Source: an uncultured Alphaproteobacteria bacterium
GTDB taxonomy: Bacteria > Pseudomonadota > Alphaproteobacteria > Rhodobacterales > Rhodobacteraceae
Assembly: GCA_963847795.1 (NCBI GenBank)
Contig: CAWKBH010000006.1
Span: 401,559 to 465,558 of the forward strand
Direction: 5' to 3'
Length of the DNA: 64,000 nt
Below are positions 12,107 through 22,889 of the stretch, in pieces; the stretch's first letter is position 1, and the number at the start of each line of letters is the position of its first letter. The notes beneath the pieces are model-generated. The model worked only from the letters and a program-made list of their open reading frames with translations, was not told the DNA's origin and made no database searches. Position numbers and translations under genes: made by a program.

Positions 12107-13728
12107 CCGACAGCATCGCCGAGACCCCCGAGGAGCGCGCCAGCTACTTCCGCGCCGGCACGACGCTGCGCTCGTGGTTCCTCACCACCGATCACAAGCG
12201 CATCGCCATCCTCTACCTGATCTCGATCACCTTCTTCTTCTTCGTCGGTGGCTCCGCGGCGGCGCTGATTCGCGCCGACCTGCTTACACCCGGCGCCGAC
12301 CTGATGACCAACGAGGGCTACAACCGCGCCTTCACGCTGCACGGCATCATCATGGTCTGGTTCTTCCTGATTCCCTCGATTCCGAACACCTTCGGCAACT
12401 TCCTGATCCCGCTGATGATCGGGGCCCGCGACGTCGCCTTCCCGCGCCTGAACCTGATCAGCTGGTACATCTACATCGTCGGCGGCCTTTTCGTGCTCGC
12501 CACGCTGATCCTCGGCGGCGTCGACACCGGCTGGACCTTCTACACCCCGCTCTCGACCATGTTCGCGAACGGCCACGTGATCCTGGTGGTCGTCGCGGTC
12601 TTCATCACCGGTTTCTCCTCGATCCTCACCGGGCTCAACTTCATCGTCACGGTTCACAAGCTGCGCTGCCCGGGCATGACCTGGGGCCGGCTGCCGCTCT
12701 TTGTCTGGTCGCACTACGCGACCTCGATCATCCTGGTGCTGGCGACGCCGGTCCTGGCGATATCGCTGGCTCTGATCGCCGCCGAGCGGCTGTTCGGCCT
12801 CGGCGTCTTCGATCCCGCGCTGGGCGGCGACCCGCTGCTGTTCCAGAACCTGTTCTGGTTCTACAGCCACCCGGCCGTCTACATCATGGTGCTGCCGGCG
12901 CTCGGCGTCGTCTCCGAGCTGGTCGCCGCCTCGGCCCGCAAGCCGGTCTTCGGCTATCGCTTCGTCGCCGGCTCCTCGATCGCGATCGCGGTGATCGGGT
13001 TCCTGGTCTGGGGCCACCACATGTTCGTCGCCGGCCAGTCGGTCTATGCCAGCGCGATCTTCTCGTTCCTCAGCCTGGCCGTCGCCGTGCCCTCGGGCAT
13101 CAAGGTCTACAACTGGACCGCGACGCTCTACAAAGGCCAGATCGCGCTCGACCCACCCTTCCTGTTCGCCATGAGCTTCATCGGCCTCTTCGTGGTCGGC
13201 GGCCTCACAGGCCTCATCGTCGCGATGCTCGCGATCGACGTGCACGTGCACGACACCTACTTCGTGGTTGCGCACTTCCACTACATCATGGTCGGGGGCA
13301 CCGTGTCGGCCTTCTTCGGCGCGCTGCACTTCTGGTGGCCGAAGATGTTCGGCCGGCTCTATTCACTCACCTGGGGCCGGGTCTCCGCCGTGCTGATCTT
13401 CGCCGGCTTCAATCTCACCTTCTTTCCCCAGTTCATCCTCGGCTACCTCGGCATGCCGCGCCGCTACCATGTCTATCCGCCGGAGTTCCAGATCCTGAAC
13501 GTGTTTTCGTCCTGCGGCGCTGGAATGCTCGGCGTGGCCTACCTGCTTCCGTTCACCTACCTGCTCTGGTCGCTGCGCCACGGCGCGCCGGCCGGTCCCA
13601 ATCCCTGGGACGCGACCGGCCTGGAATGGACCGTCGCCTCGCCTCCGCCCGAAGCACAATTTCGCCGAGACCCCGGTGGTGACGTCACCGCCCTACGACT
13701 ACCCCATCGAGACCGTGGGCGACGATGA
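12103..13728 (+). CDS. coxA: Cytochrome c oxidase subunit I, type A2; probable frameshift near 13650
   Basis: [23 protein letters not shown] (YS motif), VWGHHM, VVAHFHY, GMPRRY. Confidence 0.95.
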   Translation: MTDSIAETPEERASYFRAGTTLRSWFLTTDHKRIAILYLISITFFFFVGGSAAALIRADLLTPGADLMTNEGYNRAFTLHGIIMVWFFLIPSIPNTFGNFLIPLMIGARDVAFPRLNLISWYIYIVGGLFVLATLILGGVDTGWTFYTPLSTMFANGHVILVVVAVFITGFSSILTGLNFIVTVHKLRCPGMTWGRLPLFVWSHYATSIILVLATPVLAISLALIAAERLFGLGVFDPALGGDPLLFQNLFWFYSHPAVYIMVLPALGVVSELVAASARKPVFGYRFVAGSSIAIAVIGFLVWGHHMFVAGQSVYASAIFSFLSLAVAVPSGIKVYNWTATLYKGQIALDPPFLFAMSFIGLFVVGGLTGLIVAMLAIDVHVHDTYFVVAHFHYIMVGGTVSAFFGALHFWWPKMFGRLYSLTWGRVSAVLIFAGFNLTFFPQFILGYLGMPRRYHVYPPEFQILNVFSSCGAGMLGVAYLLPFTYLLWSLRHGAPAGPNPWDATGLEWTVASPPPEAQFRRDPGGDVTALRLPHRDRGRR

Positions 13729-14360
13729 CTGAGCCCGTCACCCTTCGCCCGCCCTACAGCGAGCCGCGCCAGCAGCACGAGGCGGACCTGATGGGCATGT
13801 ACCTGTTCCTCGGCAGCGAGATCATGCTCTTCGGCGGCCTCTTCGCCGCCATGGCGCTGACCCGCCTGCACCACCCGGCGGAGTATGTGGCCGCCTCGCA
13901 CGAGATGCACCTTTGGATCGGCGGGGCCAACACCTTGATCCTGCTCACCTCCAGCCTCTGCGCCGCCTTCGCCGTCGCCACCGCCCGCAACGGCGCGGCG
14001 TCGGCCACAGCGGGCTGGCTCATCGGCACCGCTGGCCTGGGCCTCGGGTTTCTCGGGTTCAAGCTGCTGGAATACACGCTGGAATACCGCGACGGCATGC
14101 TGCCGGTGCCCGGCGGCGACGCCAATCTGACAAAACCGGTCGAGACGCTCTTCATGCACCTCTACCTGATCGCCACCGGGCTCCACGCGATCCACCTCAG
14201 CATTGGCATCGCGCTGACCGCCGGCCTCGCGGTCCGCGCCCGCCGGCGCAGCCTGGCACTGCCCGGCCGCGCCGTGACCGTCGAGATCGGCTGTCTCTAC
14301 TGGCACCTCGTCGACGTGATCTGGGTCTTCCTCTACCCCGTGCTCTACCTCGCCCGGTGA
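13725..14360 (+). CDS. coxC: Cytochrome c oxidase subunit III (short form)
   Basis: [33 protein letters not shown]. Confidence 0.92.
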   Translation: MTEPVTLRPPYSEPRQQHEADLMGMYLFLGSEIMLFGGLFAAMALTRLHHPAEYVAASHEMHLWIGGANTLILLTSSLCAAFAVATARNGAASATAGWLIGTAGLGLGFLGFKLLEYTLEYRDGMLPVPGGDANLTKPVETLFMHLYLIATGLHAIHLSIGIALTAGLAVRARRRSLALPGRAVTVEIGCLYWHLVDVIWVFLYPVLYLAR

Positions 14361-14365
14361 CGCCC

Positions 14366-14641
14366 ATGCCCGAAGCCCGCCGTCTGCTTCTCACCTGGAC
14401 AGCGCTGCTCCTCCTGCTCGCCGCCACCGTCGGCGCCAGCTACGTCTTCACCGGCCCGGCCAGCCTCGCCGCCGGCCTGGGCGTCGCCGTCGCGAAGGCC
14501 GCGATGATCCTCTGGGTCTTCATGCACCTCTCCGAAGTCCGCGGCTTGCTGCGCGTCTTTGCCGTCGCCGGTTTTGCCTGGCTGATGATCCTCTTCGCCC
14601 TTGGCGCCCTCGCCTACCTCCAGGCCGTGCCCGGCGGCTGA
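14366..14641 (+). CDS. caa3-type oxidase subunit IV
   Basis: Three TM helices, VAVAKAAMILWVFMHL; last gene of the operon. Confidence 0.85.
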   Translation: MPEARRLLLTWTALLLLLAATVGASYVFTGPASLAAGLGVAVAKAAMILWVFMHLSEVRGLLRVFAVAGFAWLMILFALGALAYLQAVPGG

Positions 14642-14655
14642 GCGCCGCCCCCGAG

Positions 14656-14674
14656 CCCGCCTCCGCGGCGGGCC
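14656..14674 (+). terminator. GC-rich hairpin after the act-cox operon
   Basis: GCCCGCC-TCCGC-GGCGGGC; no U-tract. Confidence 0.35.
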
Positions 14675-14764
14675 AGAAGGTGGTACACAACCCCGCGCCA
14701 TGCTATCGAGAACGGTGGCCAGGCGAACCGCGCAAGCTCTGGGCCGGCCTGAGGTATTGCGAAG

Positions 14765-16492
14765 ATGTGGGGTGTCGCCCGCCGACTGTCGCTGACGCAA
14801 CGGGTGGTGGCGATCGTCGCCGTGGCGATCGTGCCGGCGGCCGCCGCACTGCCCTATTTCATCGTCTCGATTCATCGCGAGCGCGCGAGCGAGGTGCGCG
14901 ACCTCGCCCTGCGCACCAGCCAGTTCGCGGCGCTGGAGATGGAGCGGATCGTCAGCGGCGCCGAGGGCGTGCTGCAGACCCTGGCCTATGCGCCGGTGGT
15001 TCGGACTATGCAATCGCCGGCCTGCGACGACTACCTGGCCGAAGTCTCCCGACGGCTGCCGCAGCTGCGCGGCTTCGCCGTGGCGGATGCGGCCGGACTG
15101 GTGCACTGCTCGGCAGGCCTGACCTTCGCCGCCAACAGCCTCGCCGACGAGAGCTGGTTCGATGCCGCGATCCATGCGGAGGACGACTTCGTCGTCGGCG
15201 AATATACCGGCACGCGGCCGGACGAGGCCGCTTACCTGCCGGTCGCCCTGCCGATCCGCACCGACGGGCAGCTGGCGGCGGTCGTGGTCACCGGCGTCGA
15301 TCTCGCCTGGCTCGGCGCCCGGCTGCGCGAGCGCAACCTCGCCCAGGGCAGCGCGCTGGCCATCGCCGACCGCAACGGCGTGCTCATCGCCCGCGAGCCC
15401 GATTCCGAGCGCTTCGTGGGCACCCGGATCGCCGACCAGTTCCTGCCGCTGGTCCACGCCGACCGGCCCGGCACGATCGAGCTGACCAGCCAGGACGGCA
15501 CCCGCCGCATTCTCGGCTACCAGCCGCCGGCGGCGACCGGCATCGGGCTCTACGTCGGCGCCGGTGTCTCGACCGAGGCCGCGTTCGGGCCGATCTACGC
15601 CTCGACCTGGCGCAGCGTCGCCGTGGCGGCGGCCGGCGCCGTCGCCGCCTGCACGGTCGCCTGGTTCATCGGCGACCGGCTGTTCCGCCGGCCGATCCAC
15701 CGGCTCCTCGCCACGATCGCGAGCTGGCGGGCCGGCGACGTCACCGCCCGCACCGGCATCGCCCCCGGCGGCAGCGAGCTCTCCGCCCTTGCCAACTCGA
15801 TCGACGAGTACATGGACAGCCTCGTCGCGATCCGCGCCGCGCGCGCCGCCGCCGAAGACCATCGGGCGCTGGTGCTGCGGGAAATGAACCATAGAATTAA
15901 GAACATCCTCGCCGCCGTCCAGGCCGTGGCCAACCAGACCTTCAAGGACAAGGCCACGCCCGACAGCCTGCGGACGTTCCGCAGCCGGCTCACGGCGATG
16001 GCGGCGACGCACGACCTCCTGGTCACCGAGAACTGGGAGAGCGTCGATCTGCACCACACCCTGACGGCGGCGCTGGCCCCCTTTGGCCTTGGCCGCGAGC
16101 GCCGCTTCACGCTCGAAGGCCCGCCGCTCCGGATCGCTTCCCGTGCCGCTCTGGCCCTGTCCATGGCGTTGCACGAGCTCTGCACCAACGCGGCGAAGTA
16201 CGGCGCGCTGTCGGTGCCCGGCGGCGAGGTGGCGCTGCATTGGCAGGTCGTGCGCGACGACGGCCCGACGCGTTTTCTCCTGACCTGGAAAGAGCTTAAC
16301 GGCCCGCCGGTCCCGGCGCCGCGGCGTACCGGCTTCGGCACCCGGCTGATCGAGGCGGCGCTGGCCAGCGAGTTCGAGGCGCGCGCCGACCTGCGCTTTC
16401 CTGTGGAGGGCGTGCAGTTCACGCTCGATGCCGCTGCCGAGCGAATTCTGGCCGATCCGGACGACGGGACCGAGGCCGCCCCGGCCGCGTGA
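14765..16492 (+). CDS. Membrane HWE-family histidine kinase with periplasmic Cache-like domain and HAMP
   Basis: Two TM helices, EMNHRIKN, LHELCTNAAKYGALS, WKE, GFGTRLI. Confidence 0.9.
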   Translation: MWGVARRLSLTQRVVAIVAVAIVPAAAALPYFIVSIHRERASEVRDLALRTSQFAALEMERIVSGAEGVLQTLAYAPVVRTMQSPACDDYLAEVSRRLPQLRGFAVADAAGLVHCSAGLTFAANSLADESWFDAAIHAEDDFVVGEYTGTRPDEAAYLPVALPIRTDGQLAAVVVTGVDLAWLGARLRERNLAQGSALAIADRNGVLIAREPDSERFVGTRIADQFLPLVHADRPGTIELTSQDGTRRILGYQPPAATGIGLYVGAGVSTEAAFGPIYASTWRSVAVAAAGAVAACTVAWFIGDRLFRRPIHRLLATIASWRAGDVTARTGIAPGGSELSALANSIDEYMDSLVAIRAARAAAEDHRALVLREMNHRIKNILAAVQAVANQTFKDKATPDSLRTFRSRLTAMAATHDLLVTENWESVDLHHTLTAALAPFGLGRERRFTLEGPPLRIASRAALALSMALHELCTNAAKYGALSVPGGEVALHWQVVRDDGPTRFLLTWKELNGPPVPAPRRTGFGTRLIEAALASEFEARADLRFPVEGVQFTLDAAAERILADPDDGTEAAPAA

Positions 16493-16537
16493 CGGGGTGA
16501 GGATGTCGCAAGACACTGAAATGGCGCGAATTTCCGC

Positions 16538-16576
16538 GTATGGACTCCGTATGGGAGGCATATGGAATTCATATGG
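16538..16576. repeat. 11-bp-periodic array of four RTATGG hexamers
   Basis: GTATGG at 16538 and 16549, ATATGG at 16560 and 16571; related inverted copy at 53461-53499. Confidence 0.75.
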
Positions 16577-16588
16577 ACGTTTTTGGCT

Positions 16589-17716
16589 TCACGGCGCGCG
16601 GGTGAGGACCTCCGGACCCGAGGGGGTCAGCAGCACCGTGTCCGAGACGAAGTGGTCGCCGCGGCCGGTGCCCATCAGCCAGGACAGGACGTGGAAGCTC
16701 ATGCCCTCGGCGATCTCGAGATCGGAACCGGGGCGGAGGCCGGTGACGCTGTTGCCGCCGGTCCAGGAGGGCGGCTGGCCGATGCCGACGCTGTAGCCGC
16801 AGTGGTGGCGGCGATAGCTGAGGCCGGCGGCGTCGACGACCTGCTGCCAGGCGGCGTAGACCTCGCCGGCGCGGGACCCCGGTCTGAGAGCGGCCACCGC
16901 GGCCGCGAAGGCGGCGCCGGCGATCTCCGCCATCGCCGCGTCCTCGTCCCGGACCCGGCCGAGGCGGACCAGCCGGCCGAGCGGGGCATGGTAGCGGCCG
17001 ACGCAGCCGGAGAGTTCGAGAAAGACGGCCTCGCCGGTGCGGAAGCGACCGTCGCCCCAGGTGGTATGCTCCTCGCCGAGCCGGGCGGCGGGGCGGATGA
17101 ACGGGCCGAACCCGGGCGGATCGCCGCCGGCGGCGATCATCGCGGCGAGGCAGGCGGCGGCAACGTCGCGCTCGCGGGCGCCGTCGGCGATGGCGGCGAT
17201 CGCGGCCATGGCCGCGGCGTCGGTCACCGCCGCGGCCTGCCGCAGCAGGCCCTGTTCCTCCGGGCTCTTGACCAGGCGCAGGCTGTCGACGAGGCCGGAG
17301 ATGTCGTGCCAGTCGGCGGCAAGGAGTGACTTCAGCCGCGAGGCGAGGCCATGGCTCAGGCCGGCGGTCCAGGCTTCCAGGCCGATGCGCCCATGGCCGA
17401 GGCCGAGATCGGCCAGAGCAGCGGCGGCGGCGTCGGCGGCGGTCTCGCGGTCGGAGTGGCCGCGGAACTCGGCGTTGCGGACCTGGTGCGCGATCGTCAC
17501 CGCTTCCATGGCCCGGGTGACCAGGAGGGGCCTGCCGTCGCGCGGGACCACGAGCAGGTGCGGCGCGAAATAGCCCCAGTGGTCGAGACCGGTCAGATAG
17601 AAGACGCTCTCGGGGGCGGCGAGGACGGCGGCGTCCAGGTCGCGAGCCGCGAGCGCAACCCGGAAGCGCTGCAGCCGGCCGGCCAGCTCGAGGTCGGAGA
17701 ACGGGTTGCGGTGCAT
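16589..17716 (-). CDS. M24-family hydrolase, DoeA/EutD paralogue
   Basis: Creatinase/prolidase N-domain, LRLVKSPEE, EHTTW, FLELSGCVGRYHAPLGR, GYSVGI, GMSFH align to the doeA product at 21704. Confidence 0.85.
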   Translation of the reverse strand: MHRNPFSDLELAGRLQRFRVALAARDLDAAVLAAPESVFYLTGLDHWGYFAPHLLVVPRDGRPLLVTRAMEAVTIAHQVRNAEFRGHSDRETAADAAAAALADLGLGHGRIGLEAWTAGLSHGLASRLKSLLAADWHDISGLVDSLRLVKSPEEQGLLRQAAAVTDAAAMAAIAAIADGARERDVAAACLAAMIAAGGDPPGFGPFIRPAARLGEEHTTWGDGRFRTGEAVFLELSGCVGRYHAPLGRLVRLGRVRDEDAAMAEIAGAAFAAAVAALRPGSRAGEVYAAWQQVVDAAGLSYRRHHCGYSVGIGQPPSWTGGNSVTGLRPGSDLEIAEGMSFHVLSWLMGTGRGDHFVSDTVLLTPSGPEVLTRAP

Positions 17717-17727
17717 GGGCTACCGTC

Positions 17728-17837
17728 AGATGTGCACAACCTTGTCGCATATGCTGGTCTTTTCAGCACAATCTGTCAACGAATGCCTGCGGCGGCCGCC
17801 ATGGCTTGCCAAATTCGCGACCGAGTTGTATACGTCT
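17728..17837. promoter_or_regulatory. Two related candidate GntR operator sites in the divergent promoter region
   Basis: GTTGTGCACATCT (- strand, 17728-17740) and GTTGTATACGTCT (+ strand, 17825-17837), 10/13 identical. Confidence 0.4.
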
Positions 17838-17900
17838 CTGAAGAGCCCCGGCATCCGACGCCGGTTGAAGTCGAACAGGACCGCTCACAGGGAGACCGAC

Positions 17901-18764
17901 ATGGACAAGTTGCAGATAACCCGTCGCAGGTTCGCGGCGGCCGCGGCCGGAGTTGCGCTCGCGTCGCTGATGGCCTCGGCCGCGGCGGCGGAGACGACGC
18001 TGGAGAAGGCCAAGGCCGACGGCTACATCCGCGTCGGCTTCGCCAACGAAGCCCCCTTCGGCTTCGCGACGCCCGATGGCACGCTGACGGGCGAGGCGCC
18101 CGAGGTGGCCAAGGCCGTGCTGGCCAAGATGGGCATTCCGGAGGTCGACGGCGTGCTGACCGAGTTCGGTTCGCTGATCCCGGGGCTGAAGGCCGGGCGG
18201 TTCGACATCATCGCCGCCGGCATGTTCGTGAACCCGAAGCGCTGCAAGGAGATCGCCTTCTCCGAGCCGTCCTACGCCATCGGCGGCGCCATGCTGGTGC
18301 CGACCGGCAACCCCAAGAGCATCGCCGACTACGCGACCTTCAAGGACAACCCCGACCTCAAGCTCGCGGTGATGGCCGGCGCGGTCGAGGCCGGCTACGC
18401 CAAGGACTCCGGCGTCGGCCTCGGCCAGCTGGTCATGCTGCCCGACCAGTCGAGCCTGGTGGCCGCGGTGCAGTCCGGCCGCGCCGACGCGGCGGCGCTG
18501 ACCCAGCTCTCGATCGCCAACATGGCCGCGAAGGCCGACGGCGTCGAATCCACCAAGCCCTTCGGCGACGTGGCCGGCACGTCGATCAAGGGCTATGGCG
18601 CCTTCGGCTTCCGCAAGGAGGACACGGACCTGCGCGACGCCTTCAATGCCCAGCTCAAGACCTTCATCGGCTCGCCCGAGCACCTGGCACTGGTCAAGCC
18701 GTTCGGCTTCGACGAGACCTTCCTGCCCGACAAGACCACCGAAGAGCTCTGCGCCGGCGACTGA
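17901..18764 (+). CDS. ehuB: Ectoine/hydroxyectoine ABC transporter substrate-binding protein
   Basis: Tat-like TRRRF leader, GFANEAPFG, EFGSLIPGLKAGRFD; GGAG RBS; context. Confidence 0.9.
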   Translation: MDKLQITRRRFAAAAAGVALASLMASAAAAETTLEKAKADGYIRVGFANEAPFGFATPDGTLTGEAPEVAKAVLAKMGIPEVDGVLTEFGSLIPGLKAGRFDIIAAGMFVNPKRCKEIAFSEPSYAIGGAMLVPTGNPKSIADYATFKDNPDLKLAVMAGAVEAGYAKDSGVGLGQLVMLPDQSSLVAAVQSGRADAAALTQLSIANMAAKADGVESTKPFGDVAGTSIKGYGAFGFRKEDTDLRDAFNAQLKTFIGSPEHLALVKPFGFDETFLPDKTTEELCAGD

Positions 18765-18773
18765 CCGCCACCA

Positions 18774-18799
18774 CGGGGCGACCGCCTTTGGCCGCCCCG
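18774..18799 (+). terminator. Intra-operon hairpin after ehuB
   Basis: CGGGGCGACC-GCCTTT-GGCCGCCCCG. Confidence 0.4.
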
Positions 18800-18824
18800 C
18801 TCCCCGGCCCGTGAGGGGGAACGG

Positions 18825-19553
18825 ATGAACATTCGCACGCTTGTCGCGATGCTGGTAGCCGCGCTCGTCGTCATCGGGCTCCTGGCCCTGATCCCGGGCT
18901 ACCGCCAGTTCCTGCCCGGCCTGCTGCAGGGCGCGGTGCTGACGGTCGAGCTCGCGGTGCTCGGCTGCCTGCTGGCGGTGGTGATGGGGGTGCTCGCCGC
19001 GCTCGCCCGCCTCTACGGCGCCGCACCGCTGCGCTGGCTCGCCACCGTCTATGTCGAGGTCTTCCGCGGCACCTCGGCGCTGGTGCAGCTGTTCTGGCTG
19101 TTCTTCGTGCTGCCGCAGTTCGGGCTCACGCTGCCCGCCTTCGTGGTCGGCGTGCTGGCGCTGGGGCTGAACGTCGGGGCCTACGGCGCCGAGGTGGTGC
19201 GCGGCGCCATCGGCGGCGTTGCCCGCGGCCAGTGGGAGGCCTCGACCGCGCTCAACATGTCCCGCGCCCAGATGCTCCGGCGCATCATCCTGCCCCAGGC
19301 CTTCGTGGCGATGATCCCGCCCTGGGGCAACCTCTTCATCGAGCTGCTCAAGGCCACCTCGCTGGTGTCGCTGATCACCCTGTCCGATCTCGCCTTCAAG
19401 GCCCAGGAGATGAACCAGACCACGCTCAAGACCGTGCCGATCTTCACCCTGGTGCTGCTGATCTACCTGGTGATGTCGCTGGTCCTGACCATCGGCATGC
19501 GCACGCTCGAGGGGCGGGCCGGGCGCGGCCTCGCCCGAGGGAGGGCCGCCTGA
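18825..19553 (+). CDS. ehuC: Ectoine ABC transporter permease
   Basis: YVEVFRGTSALVQLFWLFF, GQWEA loop. Confidence 0.88.
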   Translation: MNIRTLVAMLVAALVVIGLLALIPGYRQFLPGLLQGAVLTVELAVLGCLLAVVMGVLAALARLYGAAPLRWLATVYVEVFRGTSALVQLFWLFFVLPQFGLTLPAFVVGVLALGLNVGAYGAEVVRGAIGGVARGQWEASTALNMSRAQMLRRIILPQAFVAMIPPWGNLFIELLKATSLVSLITLSDLAFKAQEMNQTTLKTVPIFTLVLLIYLVMSLVLTIGMRTLEGRAGRGLARGRAA

Positions 19554-20208
19554 TGTGGGACTGGTCGTTCGTCCTCGAGATCCTGCCGGACCTCGCCCGC
19601 GCCGCGGTCGTCACCATCGAGGCGACGCTCTTGGGCTTCGTGCTGGCCGCCAGCCTCGGGCTGGTGGTCGCGTCGCTGCGCATCGCCTTCCCGAAGTCCG
19701 CCCAGCCGATCTCGATCGTGGTCGAGCTGATCCGCTCGACCCCGCTCCTGATCCAGATCTTCTTCATCTACTTCGTCTTCCCCAAGTTCGGCCTGGTGAT
19801 CGGCGCCTTCACCGCCGGGGTGCTGGCGATCGGCATCCACTACGCCACCTACTGCTCGGAGGTCTATCGCGCCGGCTTCGACAACATCCCGCGCGGCCAG
19901 TGGGAGGCGTCGATCGCGCTGAACCTGTCGCCCTGGACCACCTTCCGCGACGTGATCATCCCCCAGGCGATCCCGCCGATCGTGCCCGCGCTCGGCAACT
20001 ACCTGGTGGCGCTCTTCAAGGAGACGCCGCTGCTCTCGGCGATCGCCGTGCTGGAACTGATGCAGACCGCCAAGATCATCGGCTCGGAAACCTTCCGCTA
20101 CACCGAGCCGATCACGCTGGTCGGCGTCTTCTTCCTGGTGATGAGCCTCGTCTCGGCGGCGCTCATCCGCCTGCTCGAACGCTACCTGAACCGGAGGCCC
20201 GCGCCGCG

Positions 20209-20212
<4 letters not shown>
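19553..20212 (+). CDS. ehuD: Ectoine ABC transporter permease
   Basis: MWDWSF start, IRSTPLLIQ, SEVYRAG, FKETPLLS. Confidence 0.88.
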
Positions 20213-20985
<773 letters not shown>

Positions 20986-20989
<4 letters not shown>

Positions 20990-21702
20990 ACGTCGGGCTG
21001 GAGGATGCGCCCGCCACGGCCGCGCGGCCGCCTTCGGCGCGCGAGCGGTCCGAGCGCATCTACCGCATCCTGCGCGACCGCATCTGCCTGCTCGACTACC
21101 CGCCGGGCGCCCGGCTGTCCGAGGAGGAGCTGGCGCAGGAGTTCGAGATCAGCCGCACGCCGATGCGCAAGGTGCTGGCGCGGCTCGAGGCCGAGGGGCT
21201 GGTGGGCTCGGTGCACGGCGTCGGCACCATGGTCACCGACGTCGACATCGCGGCGCTGGCCCAGGTCTATCTGCTGCGCATGGAGCTGGCGCCGCTCATC
21301 GGCAAGCTCGAGCCGATCCCGCGCAGCGCGGCCGATCTCGACCGCATCCGGGCGATGATCGCGCAGTGCGACGCCATCATGCACGAGGGCGACCAGCGCG
21401 CCTTCCTGCGGCTGAACATGGCCTTCGTGCAGGAGGTCGACGCGATGACCGCCAACCGGCCGCTGCGCGAGATCAGCGCCCGGCTCTACATCCAGGTCGC
21501 GCGCGTGGTGCTGACGATGATGCCGAAGCTCGGGCTGGTCGAGGAATTCGGGGCGTTCCGCCGCGAGATGGAGGAGGTCCTGGCGGCGGCCGAGATCGGC
21601 GACTGGGACGCGATCGGCCACATCCGCCGCGCCCACATCTCGATGAGTTTCCGCCGGATGATGCGCAACGCCGGCGGCCGAGCAATTGGGGAGAACGCCT
21701 GA
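20986..21702 (+). CDS. GntR (FCD) family transcriptional regulator
   Basis: IYRILRDRI...PGARLSEEELAQEFEISRTPMRKVLARLEAEGLV wHTH. Confidence 0.9.
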
Positions 21703-21703
21703 C

Positions 21704-22885
21704 GTGTCGAATCCGAACCCGAAGTTCACCCGCGCCGAATATGCCGACCGGCTGGCGCGGACCCGCCGCGCCATGGAGGCCAAGGGGGTCGACCTGCTGG
21801 TCGTCAGCGATCCGTCCAACATGGCCTGGCTGACCGGCTACGACGGCTGGTCGTTCTACGTGCACCAGGCGGTGATCGTGCCGCCGGACGGCGACCCGAT
21901 CTGGTTCGGGCGCGGCCAGGACGCCAACGGCGCGAAGCGCACCGCCTGGCTCGGCGACGACGACATCGTCGGCTATCCCGACCACTACGTGCAGTCGACC
22001 GAGCGGCACCCGATGGATCTGCTCGCCGACCTCGTGGCGCGGCGCGGCGGGGGCAGCTCGGTCGTCGGCGTGGAGATGGACAACTACTGGTTCTCCGCGG
22101 CGGCCTTCGCCGCGCTGCAGGCGGGGCTGCCGAACGCCCGGTTCCGGGACGCGACCGGGCTGGTCAACTGGCAGCGCGCCGTCAAGAGCCCGACCGAGAT
22201 CGACTACATGCGCAAGGCGGCGCGGATCGTCGAGGCGATGCACGCACGCATCGCCGACAAGGTCGAGGTCGGCATGCGCAAGTGCGACCTGGTGGCCGAG
22301 ATCCTCGATGCCGGCACGCGGGGCATCGACGGCATCGGCGGCGACTATCCGGCGATCGTGCCGCTGCTGCCCTCGGGCGCCGACGCCTCGGCGCCGCACC
22401 TGACCTGGGACGACAAGCCGATGCGGGCCGGCGAGGGCACGTTCTTCGAGATCGCCGGCTGCTACAACCGCTACCATTGCCCGCTGTCGCGCACCGTGTT
22501 CCTCGGCAGCCCGACCCAGGCGTTCCGCGACGCCGAGGCGGCGACGCTCGAGGGCATGGAGGCGGGACTGGCTGCAGCGAAGCCCGGCAACACCTGCGAG
22601 GACATCGCCAGGGCGTTCTTCGCGGTGCTGGAACGGCACGGCATCGTCAAGGACAACCGGACCGGCTACGCGATCGGGCTGAGCTATCCGCCGGACTGGG
22701 GCGAGCGCACCATGAGCCTGCGCTCGGGCGACCGGACCGAGCTCCGCCCGGGGATGACCTTCCACTTCATGACCGGGCTGTGGCTGGAGACGATGGGCCT
22801 CGAGATCACCGAGAGCATCCTGATCACCGACACCGGCGTGGAATGCCTCGCCGACGTGCCGCGCCGGATCCTGGTGAAGGACTGA
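21704..22885 (+). CDS. doeA: Ectoine hydrolase
   Basis: NMAWLTGYDGWSFYVHQ, YVQSTERHPM, GGDYPAIVP, SAPHLTW, YPPDWGERTMSLR (EutD/DoeA). Confidence 0.95.
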   Translation: MSNPNPKFTRAEYADRLARTRRAMEAKGVDLLVVSDPSNMAWLTGYDGWSFYVHQAVIVPPDGDPIWFGRGQDANGAKRTAWLGDDDIVGYPDHYVQSTERHPMDLLADLVARRGGGSSVVGVEMDNYWFSAAAFAALQAGLPNARFRDATGLVNWQRAVKSPTEIDYMRKAARIVEAMHARIADKVEVGMRKCDLVAEILDAGTRGIDGIGGDYPAIVPLLPSGADASAPHLTWDDKPMRAGEGTFFEIAGCYNRYHCPLSRTVFLGSPTQAFRDAEAATLEGMEAGLAAAKPGNTCEDIARAFFAVLERHGIVKDNRTGYAIGLSYPPDWGERTMSLRSGDRTELRPGMTFHFMTGLWLETMGLEITESILITDTGVECLADVPRRILVKD

Positions 22886-22889
22886 GGCG

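Noticed and set aside
1377-16561. Long antisense and alternative-frame ORFs (for example 1377..2975, 3683..5605, 14345..16561)
   Set aside because: Shadow ORFs of high-GC codon usage; Arg/Ala/Gly/Pro-rich with no recognisable motifs
16538-16576. CRISPR array or plasmid iterons
   Set aside because: Units are far too short for CRISPR, and no cas or rep gene is present
17801-17820. Sigma-54 promoter upstream of ehuB
   Set aside because: TGGC is present but the GG-N10-GC spacing is not met
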